From: Nostoc punctiforme PCC 73102
Lineage (GTDB): Bacteria; Cyanobacteriota; Cyanobacteriia; Cyanobacteriales; Nostocaceae
Direction of reading: 5' to 3'
DNA: 32,000 bases
NCBI RefSeq assembly: GCF_000020025.1
Contig: NC_010628.1
Span: 6,690,001 to 6,722,000, forward strand
Shown: one piece after another, positions 23,752 to 31,515 of the stretch
Layout: each line of letters starts with the position of its first letter
How positions within the stretch are numbered: the stretch's first letter is position 1
Made by a program: the position numbers and the translations under genes
Notes under the pieces: model-generated
The model's input: only the letters and a program-made list of their open reading frames with translations
Told to the model about the DNA's origin: nothing
Database searches by the model: none

Positions 23752-26109
23752 TTACTTTTCAAAACACTCCATTGCTATTTGAACCTTCTCAACTTGCCTT
23801 GGTGCTTGCATTTCGTTAAAAAGTGCGATCGCTTGTAAAAAAATTTCCCTACTTTGACTCATTTCACCCATTTTTTTATGAGTTAATGCCAACTGATAAT
23901 AAGCCTCAGCTAAGTCTGATTTAGCACCAATTTTATCAAGAATTCCTATCGCTTCTGAATGATGAAAAATTGCTTTTGCAAATTCTCCCTGTTCTCGGAA
24001 AAGTTCCGCAAGACAACTTATAGCTTTACCCTTAATCTGAGTAAAGTTGTTTTCTTCAGAATGAAATATAGCTCGTTGGCACAACTCAAAGGATTTTTTC
24101 AGATTACCTAAATTTTTATAAGTTAAGCAGAGAGTTACTAAACTATGCCCTATTCCCCACAAAGTTACTCTAGTTGATGTTGAGATGCTAGAAAAGGCAA
24201 CTTCAGCAAGATCAAAGGCATCTTCTCTGCTACCAAAGCGGGATTTTATCATAGCTAGACAGCATTGAGCATAAGTCATGTAATCATCAAGATTGCTATT
24301 TTGTTCAGCAAGTATACAAACAGAATTGAAACAATCTTCGGCTGCTTCTATTTCCCATAATTCAAGTTTGCAAAGCCCGGTATTAAACAAAATAGAAATT
24401 TCTGTTTGTTTGGCATCTAATGTGCCTAAGACTTTTCCTGATTTCTCATAGCATTCTATCGCTTCTCTAATACAACCGATTATTCGATATGTATAGCCAA
24501 GTATATTGTAAAGTCTAATTAATCTTTCTGGCGATTTTATATCGTCTATTATTCGTTGAATTACAGAAAAATTTTTCTGAAGTAGTCCCAATTGGTAAAA
24601 CGAGGAACCTAAAGGTAAACCTGTACCCCATTTTTTACCTCTTCCTTGTAAGATTACATCACCAGCTTTCTCAAAATCACTAATTTCTACATAGTGATAA
24701 TAAGCTTCTAAAGCAGTTAAAGCATCATTTATATTTGTAATAGATACAACTCTCTGTGTCCAACATTCTGCGGCTTTTCGATTTACTAATTCCCATTCTT
24801 CACTGATTAATCTTAATCTACTAATCGCTTCATCACGAATTACAGGATGTAACCAGTATTGTCCTTTTTTCGCCTCTATCAAAGACAAATCTTGTAGAGC
24901 TTTAATTACACCTCGGCGTTTTTGGGCTGGTACATCCCAAAGCAAACATAAAACTCCCTCGATAGGTAGTGAAGGAATATCTTGATAACGATAGCATCCT
25001 AAACGACAAAGGAGACGATAAGCTTCTAAGTCAATTTGTTGGAGACGGTTAAATTGACTTGCGACTAAATCTTTTAATTCTCTTTCTATTAATAAATCTG
25101 TAGAGTTTTCCTGCCAATATGAATGGATATCACCAGAAAAATCCGTCAATATTGCTCCTCGGAGAATTTGCATTGCTTTGGCGTTACCTCCATAAGCTCT
25201 GCACATTTCGCTGAGAATAGTACAATCACAATTGATGTGGCAACTGCTGAAAAATTCTCGCCATGCTTCATCATCTAAACCTTCGAGTGGGTAAAGATAA
25301 ACCTCTAGACTAGACTCCCGCAAACGCTCACGACTTGTGACTAAAGTAACTGAATGCACATCCGAGTCTGCTAATACTCTCAATAGCTCAACATAAAGGC
25401 GACGATATTCTAGGAACTTACCATTTTTATCGAGAGCAGTTTCTAGATTATCGATAAATACCCCAATTTTAAAAGTTTGTTCTCGGAGTTTACGCCGTAG
25501 TCGTTCTAAGCTAATACCAAAGTCCCCTCCCGGTTCTTCGTTAAAGTATCGCCGTAGCCATTCTTCAACTACACTCTCTACAGGAGTAAGGTTTTGGATT
25601 TCTGTGGCCATCCACAGTTCTAGGACAAAATTAAATTTTTGACTTTTAAAATATTTGCGTGCTAATCTTGTTTTGCCAACACCACCTTCACCCTGGATGA
25701 GGATAACTTTTTCTCCCCGATTGAATAAGGTGTGAAGTTCGGCTATTTGGCGATCGCGCCCGACAAAGTTAGAATCTAAATCTTGAGGTTTAGTCCCATT
25801 CGTCGCTAAATTTGGAATCTGAGAAGCTTTTTGCGACTGTTGGTTTGTTCTAAATCCCTGAACTACGCCTTGAAACGTAGATTTTGAGACTTTCGCTCCT
25901 AGCACTTTGGAGAGTAAATGCCAAAGTTCTGCACCAACTGCTTTTAAATGCGCTTCTGTATAACCACGGCTGTTGGCGATATGCTGGTAAGTCCGCTTTT
26001 CATCCTCCCACAAATTACGCAAGATAATCCTTTGAGTTTTATCTAGATGTTCTCCCGTCTGGAGAAAAACCAAGTTATCTACAAACTCTAAGGCCTCTTC
26101 TACACCCAT
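23752..26109 (-). CDS. STAND NTPase: N-terminal HTH-like module, NB-ARC/AP-ATPase core, C-terminal TPR repeats
   Basis: 785-aa ORF. It has Walker A ILIQGEGGVGKTRLA, Walker B-like IGVFIDNLE, VTLVTSR, LEGLDDEAWREFF and YGGNAKAMQIL (GLPL-like). The C-terminal ~350 aa carry TPR-like A..Y...G/A..F heptads. The N-terminus LDKTQRIILRNLWEDEKRTYQHIANSRGYTEAHLKAVGAELWHLLSKVLG resembles the module found at the N-termini of many cyanobacterial STAND/WD40 proteins. Confidence 0.85.
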   Translation of the reverse strand: MGVEEALEFVDNLVFLQTGEHLDKTQRIILRNLWEDEKRTYQHIANSRGYTEAHLKAVGAELWHLLSKVLGAKVSKSTFQGVVQGFRTNQQSQKASQIPNLATNGTKPQDLDSNFVGRDRQIAELHTLFNRGEKVILIQGEGGVGKTRLARKYFKSQKFNFVLELWMATEIQNLTPVESVVEEWLRRYFNEEPGGDFGISLERLRRKLREQTFKIGVFIDNLETALDKNGKFLEYRRLYVELLRVLADSDVHSVTLVTSRERLRESSLEVYLYPLEGLDDEAWREFFSSCHINCDCTILSEMCRAYGGNAKAMQILRGAILTDFSGDIHSYWQENSTDLLIERELKDLVASQFNRLQQIDLEAYRLLCRLGCYRYQDIPSLPIEGVLCLLWDVPAQKRRGVIKALQDLSLIEAKKGQYWLHPVIRDEAISRLRLISEEWELVNRKAAECWTQRVVSITNINDALTALEAYYHYVEISDFEKAGDVILQGRGKKWGTGLPLGSSFYQLGLLQKNFSVIQRIIDDIKSPERLIRLYNILGYTYRIIGCIREAIECYEKSGKVLGTLDAKQTEISILFNTGLCKLELWEIEAAEDCFNSVCILAEQNSNLDDYMTYAQCCLAMIKSRFGSREDAFDLAEVAFSSISTSTRVTLWGIGHSLVTLCLTYKNLGNLKKSFELCQRAIFHSEENNFTQIKGKAISCLAELFREQGEFAKAIFHHSEAIGILDKIGAKSDLAEAYYQLALTHKKMGEMSQSREIFLQAIALFNEMQAPRQVEKVQIAMECFEK

Positions 26110-26485
26110 TTGCTAACTTGATGTATCATTTGTAATTCATTATAACCATACTTTTACTACTTCTTCCTACCCGCTATACTACAAAAAACTTTTTCCTACT
26201 TGGTAGGAAGCTGACTTTATCCGACTGCAAAGCATTATGGTCTGTATTACTCTTGTAATTAATACAGGCGAAGTTAAGTTAAGCGCCAATAATAAGGTGG
26301 TTGAGGATAGATTTTATCAGCGCTACTACTGCAACCTTAGTAAATCACAGATGTTATTTGTTACCGTCCTATATCAATGACTCATGAAAGTGGGGTCTAC
26401 TAAACAGCAGTGGGTATTAACTAACTAGATTCTGTAGAGCGTATTTACAACTAAGTATGTAAGTCTTTATCCTACAGGAGGTTCA

Positions 26486-26758
26486 ATGATGTTAGACAGA
26501 GATTGTCATCATGATTGCAATCAGAATCAGTGCCCTTTTGCCCAAGATACACGTAATCCCAATAGATATGTTTGCCTCAAATGTGGTGTTGAGCGAGAAA
26601 TAAATAAGTATTCCTCTGGTTTCGGCTCGTTTTTGCTGCTGTTGCTGGGCTTGTTTATTTCGTTCCAACTATTAGTTAGTTACGAAAAGCAAAGCAATCC
26701 ACAAAGGCAACAACAGTCTTTGAATAATTCACCTCATCAGGGAAATATCCACGTGTAA
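26486..26758 (+). CDS. Hypothetical small protein: Cys/His-rich N-terminus plus one TM segment
   Basis: 90-aa ORF with a GGAGG Shine-Dalgarno 5 nt upstream. It has CHHDCNQNQCPF...CLKCG (a possible zinc ribbon), the hydrophobic stretch FGSFLLLLLGLFISFQLLV, and a Gln-rich tail. Confidence 0.5.
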   Translation: MMLDRDCHHDCNQNQCPFAQDTRNPNRYVCLKCGVEREINKYSSGFGSFLLLLLGLFISFQLLVSYEKQSNPQRQQQSLNNSPHQGNIHV

Positions 26759-26868
26759 AACTAATCTTCGTGCTGTGTATGATTTCCCATTTCTGATTTT
26801 GTAAATGAGAAATGGGAAATCAAAAAAATATTCACTGCTAAAAATCAGCTACTTTCGTGAGTAAAATT

Positions 26869-27096
26869 ATGGACACCAATCAAGATACACTTCTTTTTCG
26901 CTTTGCTTCTAAGTCTTTGAAATATTTCTTGTTAGTGCTGTTTGGGATTGCGATCGCTTACGTCCTATCCAGTGGTTTAGGTATTTTACAAATTATACCT
27001 ATACTGTTATATCTGTTACAACAGTTTTTGCTTCCTGTGGGAATTATCCTCTTGTGTTTCATTACAATAGCGGTAATTATTGAATCCCTGCGTTAA
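26869..27096 (+). CDS. Hypothetical small membrane protein (2 TM segments)
   Basis: The track ORF starts at GTG 26857, and the first ATG is at 26869 (MDTNQDT). There are two long hydrophobic segments. No family recognised. Confidence 0.4.
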   Translation: MDTNQDTLLFRFASKSLKYFLLVLFGIAIAYVLSSGLGILQIIPILLYLLQQFLLPVGIILLCFITIAVIIESLR

Positions 27097-27197
27097 GAAT
27101 TGCGGAAGCGGAGAGTCTATCAATTTTGGATTTTAAATTTTAGATTTGTTCTTCAATTCAAAATTCAAAATCTCAAATCGATGGACTCCTAACTTCT

Positions 27198-28136
27198 TCA
27201 TTTACCGTAGAAAACCCTGGAATTTCGGTATCCTATATTTCGCAGATACTTATTCCATTCCTCAGCTTGGAATCGATCGGCGAAAGGCCCTACTGCTACG
27301 TGTGGCCCTCGTGGTTGCGTCCTTTCGAGGACTGCGCCAGATCGTCCTAAATCTTGACTAAATCGGGCTAGATTTTGCCTAATTTGTTCTGCGATCGCAG
27401 ATAACTGTTCTTGAGTAGTCGGAATAACGACATAATATCTAGAGGCTTGCTTGGGAGGATTTATATTGCTGCGTTCCCCTACGCCTCTATTACCTACATC
27501 TATTTCCTGTCCGTTACCAAAGCTGATAATCCGAGCGCTATATATTCCCCGTGACTGTAACTCATTCACCCGTTGTTGGGCGTTAGATACTCTGTTAAAA
27601 ACACCTGACTGAATAACATTCCTTCCTTGGTACTCGCGAATGTAAGCACTGGGTTCAATCTGGCGGATTGCTTGTAACGTCTGGAAATCACTGCTATCTA
27701 CGTAAACTAAGTAGCGCTCAAAGTTCTGGTTATATTGACTAAACTGTGTAGGTTGGGGGGGCTGAAAGTTCTGATCGGATTGATTATTTTGTAATGGTTG
27801 AGGGGGTTGAAAGTTCAGATCGGATTGATTATTTTGTAATGGTTGCGGAGGTTGAAAGTTTAGATCGGATTGATTATCCTCCACTAGTTCTGCTGGTTGT
27901 AACTGCGGTGATGGCTGTTGATCAAAGGGAATTGGCGGTGGTGGTAAAGCTTCACCTCCTTGTTGAGCCAGTAGCATACTGTTGTGGATTTCTGCTTGTG
28001 CTGGGGCATAGTCAGGAATCAGCACTAACCATCCTCCTACTAACAGGGGGAGAAATCGGATAGTACGCTTCCAACCCTCAGAACTTCGGCGCAGCATCTG
28101 AAAAGGGGTAAATTTACTTGGTATTCCTCTCGACAT
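27198..28136 (-). CDS. Membrane-anchored protein with a Pro/Gln-rich tandem repeat and two SPOR-like domains
   Basis: 312-aa ORF with an N-terminal TM segment (FLPLLVGGWLVLI) and three 15-aa repeats (QPPQPLQNNQSDLNF). Two C-terminal modules, YLVYVD...VIQSGVFNRVSNAQQRVNELQSRG and YYVVIP...VAVGPFADRFQAEEWNKYLRNIGY, resemble SPOR peptidoglycan-binding domains. Confidence 0.65.
   Translation of the reverse strand: MSRGIPSKFTPFQMLRRSSEGWKRTIRFLPLLVGGWLVLIPDYAPAQAEIHNSMLLAQQGGEALPPPPIPFDQQPSPQLQPAELVEDNQSDLNFQPPQPLQNNQSDLNFQPPQPLQNNQSDQNFQPPQPTQFSQYNQNFERYLVYVDSSDFQTLQAIRQIEPSAYIREYQGRNVIQSGVFNRVSNAQQRVNELQSRGIYSARIISFGNGQEIDVGNRGVGERSNINPPKQASRYYVVIPTTQEQLSAIAEQIRQNLARFSQDLGRSGAVLERTQPRGPHVAVGPFADRFQAEEWNKYLRNIGYRNSRVFYGK
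27762..27885. repeat. 45-bp tandem repeat, ~2.7 copies, inside the SPOR-like gene
   Basis: The units are 27762-27806, 27807-27851 and a partial one from 27852 (…GAAAGTT(C/T)(T/A)GATCGGATTGATTATTTTGTAATGGTTG…). Confidence 0.9.
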
Positions 28137-28313
28137 AGTACTTAGAAAGTAGTCAAAGTATTTTTAAGCAATTTCCATGAGGAACTAATTAGTTCACCGT
28201 TGTAGCAACTACTATATAGCGTTAACGTAAAATTAGCTCATCTGCGTGGCAAAAAATACATCTGTAACCATTCTTAGATAGTCATCTGCATTCATTTTTG
28301 GGTGTTGATGATT

Positions 28314-29316
28314 AGAGTTGTCGGGAAATAAAAGATAAGTGAGGCAATGCTGGTCTTGTAATTGGGATTCTCTTAAGCAGCCATCAAGTAGAAGTTCCAT
28401 AATCCTGCTGCGGTCAGCATCAAATGGTCATCAAAGTTTTCAATCCGATTACGATAAATGACACTGGCGGCGTTGTAGCGCTTCACACCAGCAAAGGCAT
28501 TTTCGCAAACTACACGGGATTGACTCAATTGACGATTCTCCGTTTTTTGAAGGTCACTTAACTTGCCCCCTTTGGGCTTTTTGTGAGGAAGATGGAGATT
28601 GTCATACTGCTTCTGTAATCCCTGAAAGCCCGAGTCTACTTCAATCGGAATTTCATCAGGCACACTACCTGCAATGTCATCTTCGTCATGAAAACGTTTG
28701 TCATGCAGTTTGCCTTCTCGTGCTTTGCTTAAGATCAAGACCCGTTTGGTTTCATCAACTGCCGCCAAGTGTTTATGCGTATGACGTTTCTTTTTACCGG
28801 AGTAATTCTGTTGTTGTTGTTCTCTTTCTTGAGGTCGCGCAATTGGGCGTTCTGTCCCATCAATCATCACTCGTTGCACTCCTGGAAAGCGTGACAAAAA
28901 TGCTTCAATGCTTTCGAGATGGCGTTCCGGCAGCGCCATCTTCTGTCCCAAAGCCGCTTCTAATATTGGCTGCAATCGATGCATCCACTCATGTGCCTGG
29001 GAGCGATGCATATCAAAGAGCAGTCCCGCCACATCGAAGGTCGGATAACATTTGAAATAGAAAAGGATGAAAAACAATTTGTCTTGGGCTGTAAGTAAGC
29101 GGGCTTTGCGTCCTCCACCCAGGCCACGTTGACGAGGCTTGGCCTGTTGAGTATCTAGGTACATCGTGGTAAACGTGGGCAAAAGGGCATCAAATGCTTT
29201 CCGGTTCAACCCAGTTAATGCCCTCAACAGTCGGTCTTGCTTCAGCGCACCTTCAATATTCAGCATCATTCTTCCCTACCACTGCTGTCTATTCTCTCTT
29301 ATTTCCCGACAAGTCT
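28314..29316 (-). mobile_element. Intact ~1.0-kb IS5-family-like insertion sequence (DDE_Tnp_4 / Harbinger-like transposase)
   Basis: The terminal inverted repeats are AGAGTTGTCGGGAAATAAAAG (left) and, reverse-complemented, AGACTTGTCGGGAAATAAGAG (right), matching at 20 of 22 positions. ATT flanks both ends (28311-28313 and 29317-19), a possible 3-bp target duplication. The boundary is ambiguous by 1 nt. Confidence 0.85.
28373..29269 (-). CDS. IS5-family-like DDE transposase (HTH plus DDE_Tnp_4)
   Basis: 298-aa uninterrupted ORF with MIDGTERPIARP (D), HLAAVDETKRVL (D) and VVCENAFAGVKRY (E). FFILFYFKCYPTFDVAGLLF is typical of the family. Confidence 0.88.
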   Translation of the reverse strand: MMLNIEGALKQDRLLRALTGLNRKAFDALLPTFTTMYLDTQQAKPRQRGLGGGRKARLLTAQDKLFFILFYFKCYPTFDVAGLLFDMHRSQAHEWMHRLQPILEAALGQKMALPERHLESIEAFLSRFPGVQRVMIDGTERPIARPQEREQQQQNYSGKKKRHTHKHLAAVDETKRVLILSKAREGKLHDKRFHDEDDIAGSVPDEIPIEVDSGFQGLQKQYDNLHLPHKKPKGGKLSDLQKTENRQLSQSRVVCENAFAGVKRYNAASVIYRNRIENFDDHLMLTAAGLWNFYLMAA

Positions 29317-29337
29317 ATTAGATATATAAATCTTGGT

Positions 29338-29366
29338 GTAGAGACGTTGCACTGCAACGTCTCTAC
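29338..29366. repeat. Short dispersed palindrome (Nostoc type): GTAGAGACGTTGCA-C-TGCAACGTCTCTAC
   Basis: Perfect 14-bp arms around one central nucleotide, 22 nt from the right end of the IS. Confidence 0.85.
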
Positions 29367-29493
29367 AAGGGTTTTGAAATCACGCAAAATCATTTTTATA
29401 CCTGAATTCAGCAACGTCCATTTTTGACCGCCCCAAAACTGGTTCATCTGCTCTGTTAATAAATGGCTAATTAAAGGCTCTTTAGATACATTT

Positions 29494-29521
29494 GTAGGGG
29501 CAATTCATGAATTGCCCCTAC
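29494..29521. repeat. Short dispersed palindrome (Nostoc type): GTAGGGGCAATTCATGAATTGCCCCTAC
   Basis: Perfect 28-nt palindrome (14+14). Confidence 0.85.
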
Positions 29522-29629
29522 CATGTGTAGTTTTGCGTAAGTCCTAATCCAATCAGAAATTGAGTTAACAGCCCAAATGAATGCACTCCTATACGACGAG
29601 GAATGAGGAAAATATTAGCGCTGTGCTAC

Positions 29630-30928
29630 TTAACTACAATTTTGTGTCAGTAAGCTTTCAAACAGAAAGTCTGCCAATTTGGTACCAGACACATAAGCTG
29701 CGTCTGCATCCCATTGAAAATGGACACCCAGATAAACACGACTGCGCCCATTCTCTAAAGCTGCGGAAGAGAAACTATTAAATGTCCGTGTGATTCTAAT
29801 GCCATTATTGCCCCTCGCACTTGGATCTTCAGATGTTGCCGTAAAAGTAACATTATCGGTGCCAAAGAAGTTCCGCAAAATACCGGCATGGACTGCTCCG
29901 AAAGTGGCATGACCAGAGATATAGGCTGGAAATGAAGGAGAAAATCTAGTGCCATCAGCACTGGGTGATAGAGGTCTCCAAGTGGGATCAGCAGTTGTTC
30001 CAGGGTTGTTGTCTTCAAATGCCCTTTGAATTGCCGTTTCTGGCCTCCACAAATCCAAATCGGTGTCGTACTTTGCATCCCATGCCAAGATTGCCGCATC
30101 GCCTAAACCTAAACCCACCAAAGCAAACAACCGTGCATTTTCGGAAAAGCTCAGACATCTCAATTTAGAGACAATCTGGGTTATGCTATAAAGTTGTCCA
30201 GGTGGCTTATATGTTCCATCAAGATCATTTGCCCAGAAAAGAGCAATATCGGTTTGTTCTTGAGTCCGTTCAGTAGAGTTAGCAGCACCAAGCCGTTTTA
30301 CTTCATTTACTTGAGCAGCATATTCAACACTGGCCAGTAGATCCTGTTTACTGCTGAAGCCTGCTGGTTTAGTCGGACGAAACTTCTTAATTAAGGTTGG
30401 TGAAAAAGGTTTTACTTTGCCCCAATTTGGGGTAGTTGCAGGGCCAGAACCAGTTGGTCGCCAATCACCAGGCTGATGTCCTGATTTGTAATCGGTCTTG
30501 TCATCAAAGCCGTCCCCTTCTCGATTTTTGAGGATTGCTTTAGCTGCGGCGATTCCAAGTTCTTTACCATCATCAATGCTCTGTTGCGACACACCACTAC
30601 TTTTAATTTCATGGATGGCTTTCTCTCGTTCTGCGTCAAAAAAGCTCTGGTTTTTATTTTTTGATTTGGGAAAATTGGCATTAGGATAAACAGTGTCGCT
30701 ACTTAATACAGTAAATGCGGCATAAACTGCTGCTGCTTCTTTAGAAGCTCCTAATTTTACCGGAAGAATTTCTAAATATGGTTTGTAGTCTTGATCAATG
30801 GAATTGACAGCATCGTATATTGCAGCATGTAATATAGCACCAGTACGAGAGATTGGCCCAGGTGCGCCACCGTTCAAACGAATTGTTTGTAAATATACAT
30901 TGTTCCAATTAATAACTTGATCTGTCAT
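29630..30928 (-). CDS. Vanadium-dependent haloperoxidase-like / PAP2-superfamily protein
   Basis: The track ORF extends to 30982; the likely start is MTDQVINWNN (30928). The PAP2/VHPO active-site motifs appear intact: K-x8-RPETAIQ, PAYISGHATFG and GRSRVYLGVHFQWD. Confidence 0.8.
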   Translation of the reverse strand: MTDQVINWNNVYLQTIRLNGGAPGPISRTGAILHAAIYDAVNSIDQDYKPYLEILPVKLGASKEAAAVYAAFTVLSSDTVYPNANFPKSKNKNQSFFDAEREKAIHEIKSSGVSQQSIDDGKELGIAAAKAILKNREGDGFDDKTDYKSGHQPGDWRPTGSGPATTPNWGKVKPFSPTLIKKFRPTKPAGFSSKQDLLASVEYAAQVNEVKRLGAANSTERTQEQTDIALFWANDLDGTYKPPGQLYSITQIVSKLRCLSFSENARLFALVGLGLGDAAILAWDAKYDTDLDLWRPETAIQRAFEDNNPGTTADPTWRPLSPSADGTRFSPSFPAYISGHATFGAVHAGILRNFFGTDNVTFTATSEDPSARGNNGIRITRTFNSFSSAALENGRSRVYLGVHFQWDADAAYVSGTKLADFLFESLLTQNCS

Positions 30929-31345
30929 AAATATTTCTTTGCTTAATTTTGCCTTTACCCTGGTTGCGGATCTAATTTTCAAGACAAAAGTAAACTAATA
31001 CCCCTTCTCTACGAGATGCTACGCGAACGCATAATTCTGAATTCGTAATTACTGTTGCGTAGGGGTTTTAGATATTTGATAAGGGTGGCTTATTTATGCC
31101 AACCTCTACTAGAGTAGGTAGCGGAAATAACTATCCAGTTTAGTAAGGCTTAAAAGTTTACTTTACAAGCTTTCTCACTTTTTAACCTTTCCTAAACTCT
31201 GCGTAGCTTGACGCTTCCCCGTTGGCATCCGGGTGATGCTCAATAATTCGCCAACACCACCCAATCAAATAGCTTACCTTTTGCCTTTTTGCACTAGACT
31301 CTACCAGGGTTTGTATTCCGAATATAGAAGTATTTCTGAATGCTT

Positions 31346-31369
31346 AATAGTACCCCAGAGGGTACTATT
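31346..31369. other. Perfect 10-bp stem hairpin upstream of mnmA
   Basis: AATAGTACCC CAGA GGGTACTATT. There is no U-tract on either strand. Confidence 0.5.
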
Positions 31370-31515
31370 TCCAATGCTGCGTGCATAAACTGCTTTCACT
31401 TTTACTACAACCGCCTCTATTTGCTTCTTTTAAAACCGAAGTGCTTTGGTAGCAAGGCTTTGGAAGAGTGTGTGCTACAATTGGACAACCACGCAGCTAT
31501 CGTGTCGTGCTTTGT

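Noticed and set aside
28720-29427. Plus-strand ORFs 28720..29055 and 29194..29427
   Set aside because: The first is antisense to the intact transposase. The second crosses the IS right terminus (29316) into flanking palindromic DNA, so it cannot be a native gene.
29581-30689. Six short ORFs on both strands overlapping the haloperoxidase-like gene
   Set aside because: They are alternative or antisense frames within a 432-450-aa ORF carrying all PAP2/VHPO motifs, and none has recognisable features.
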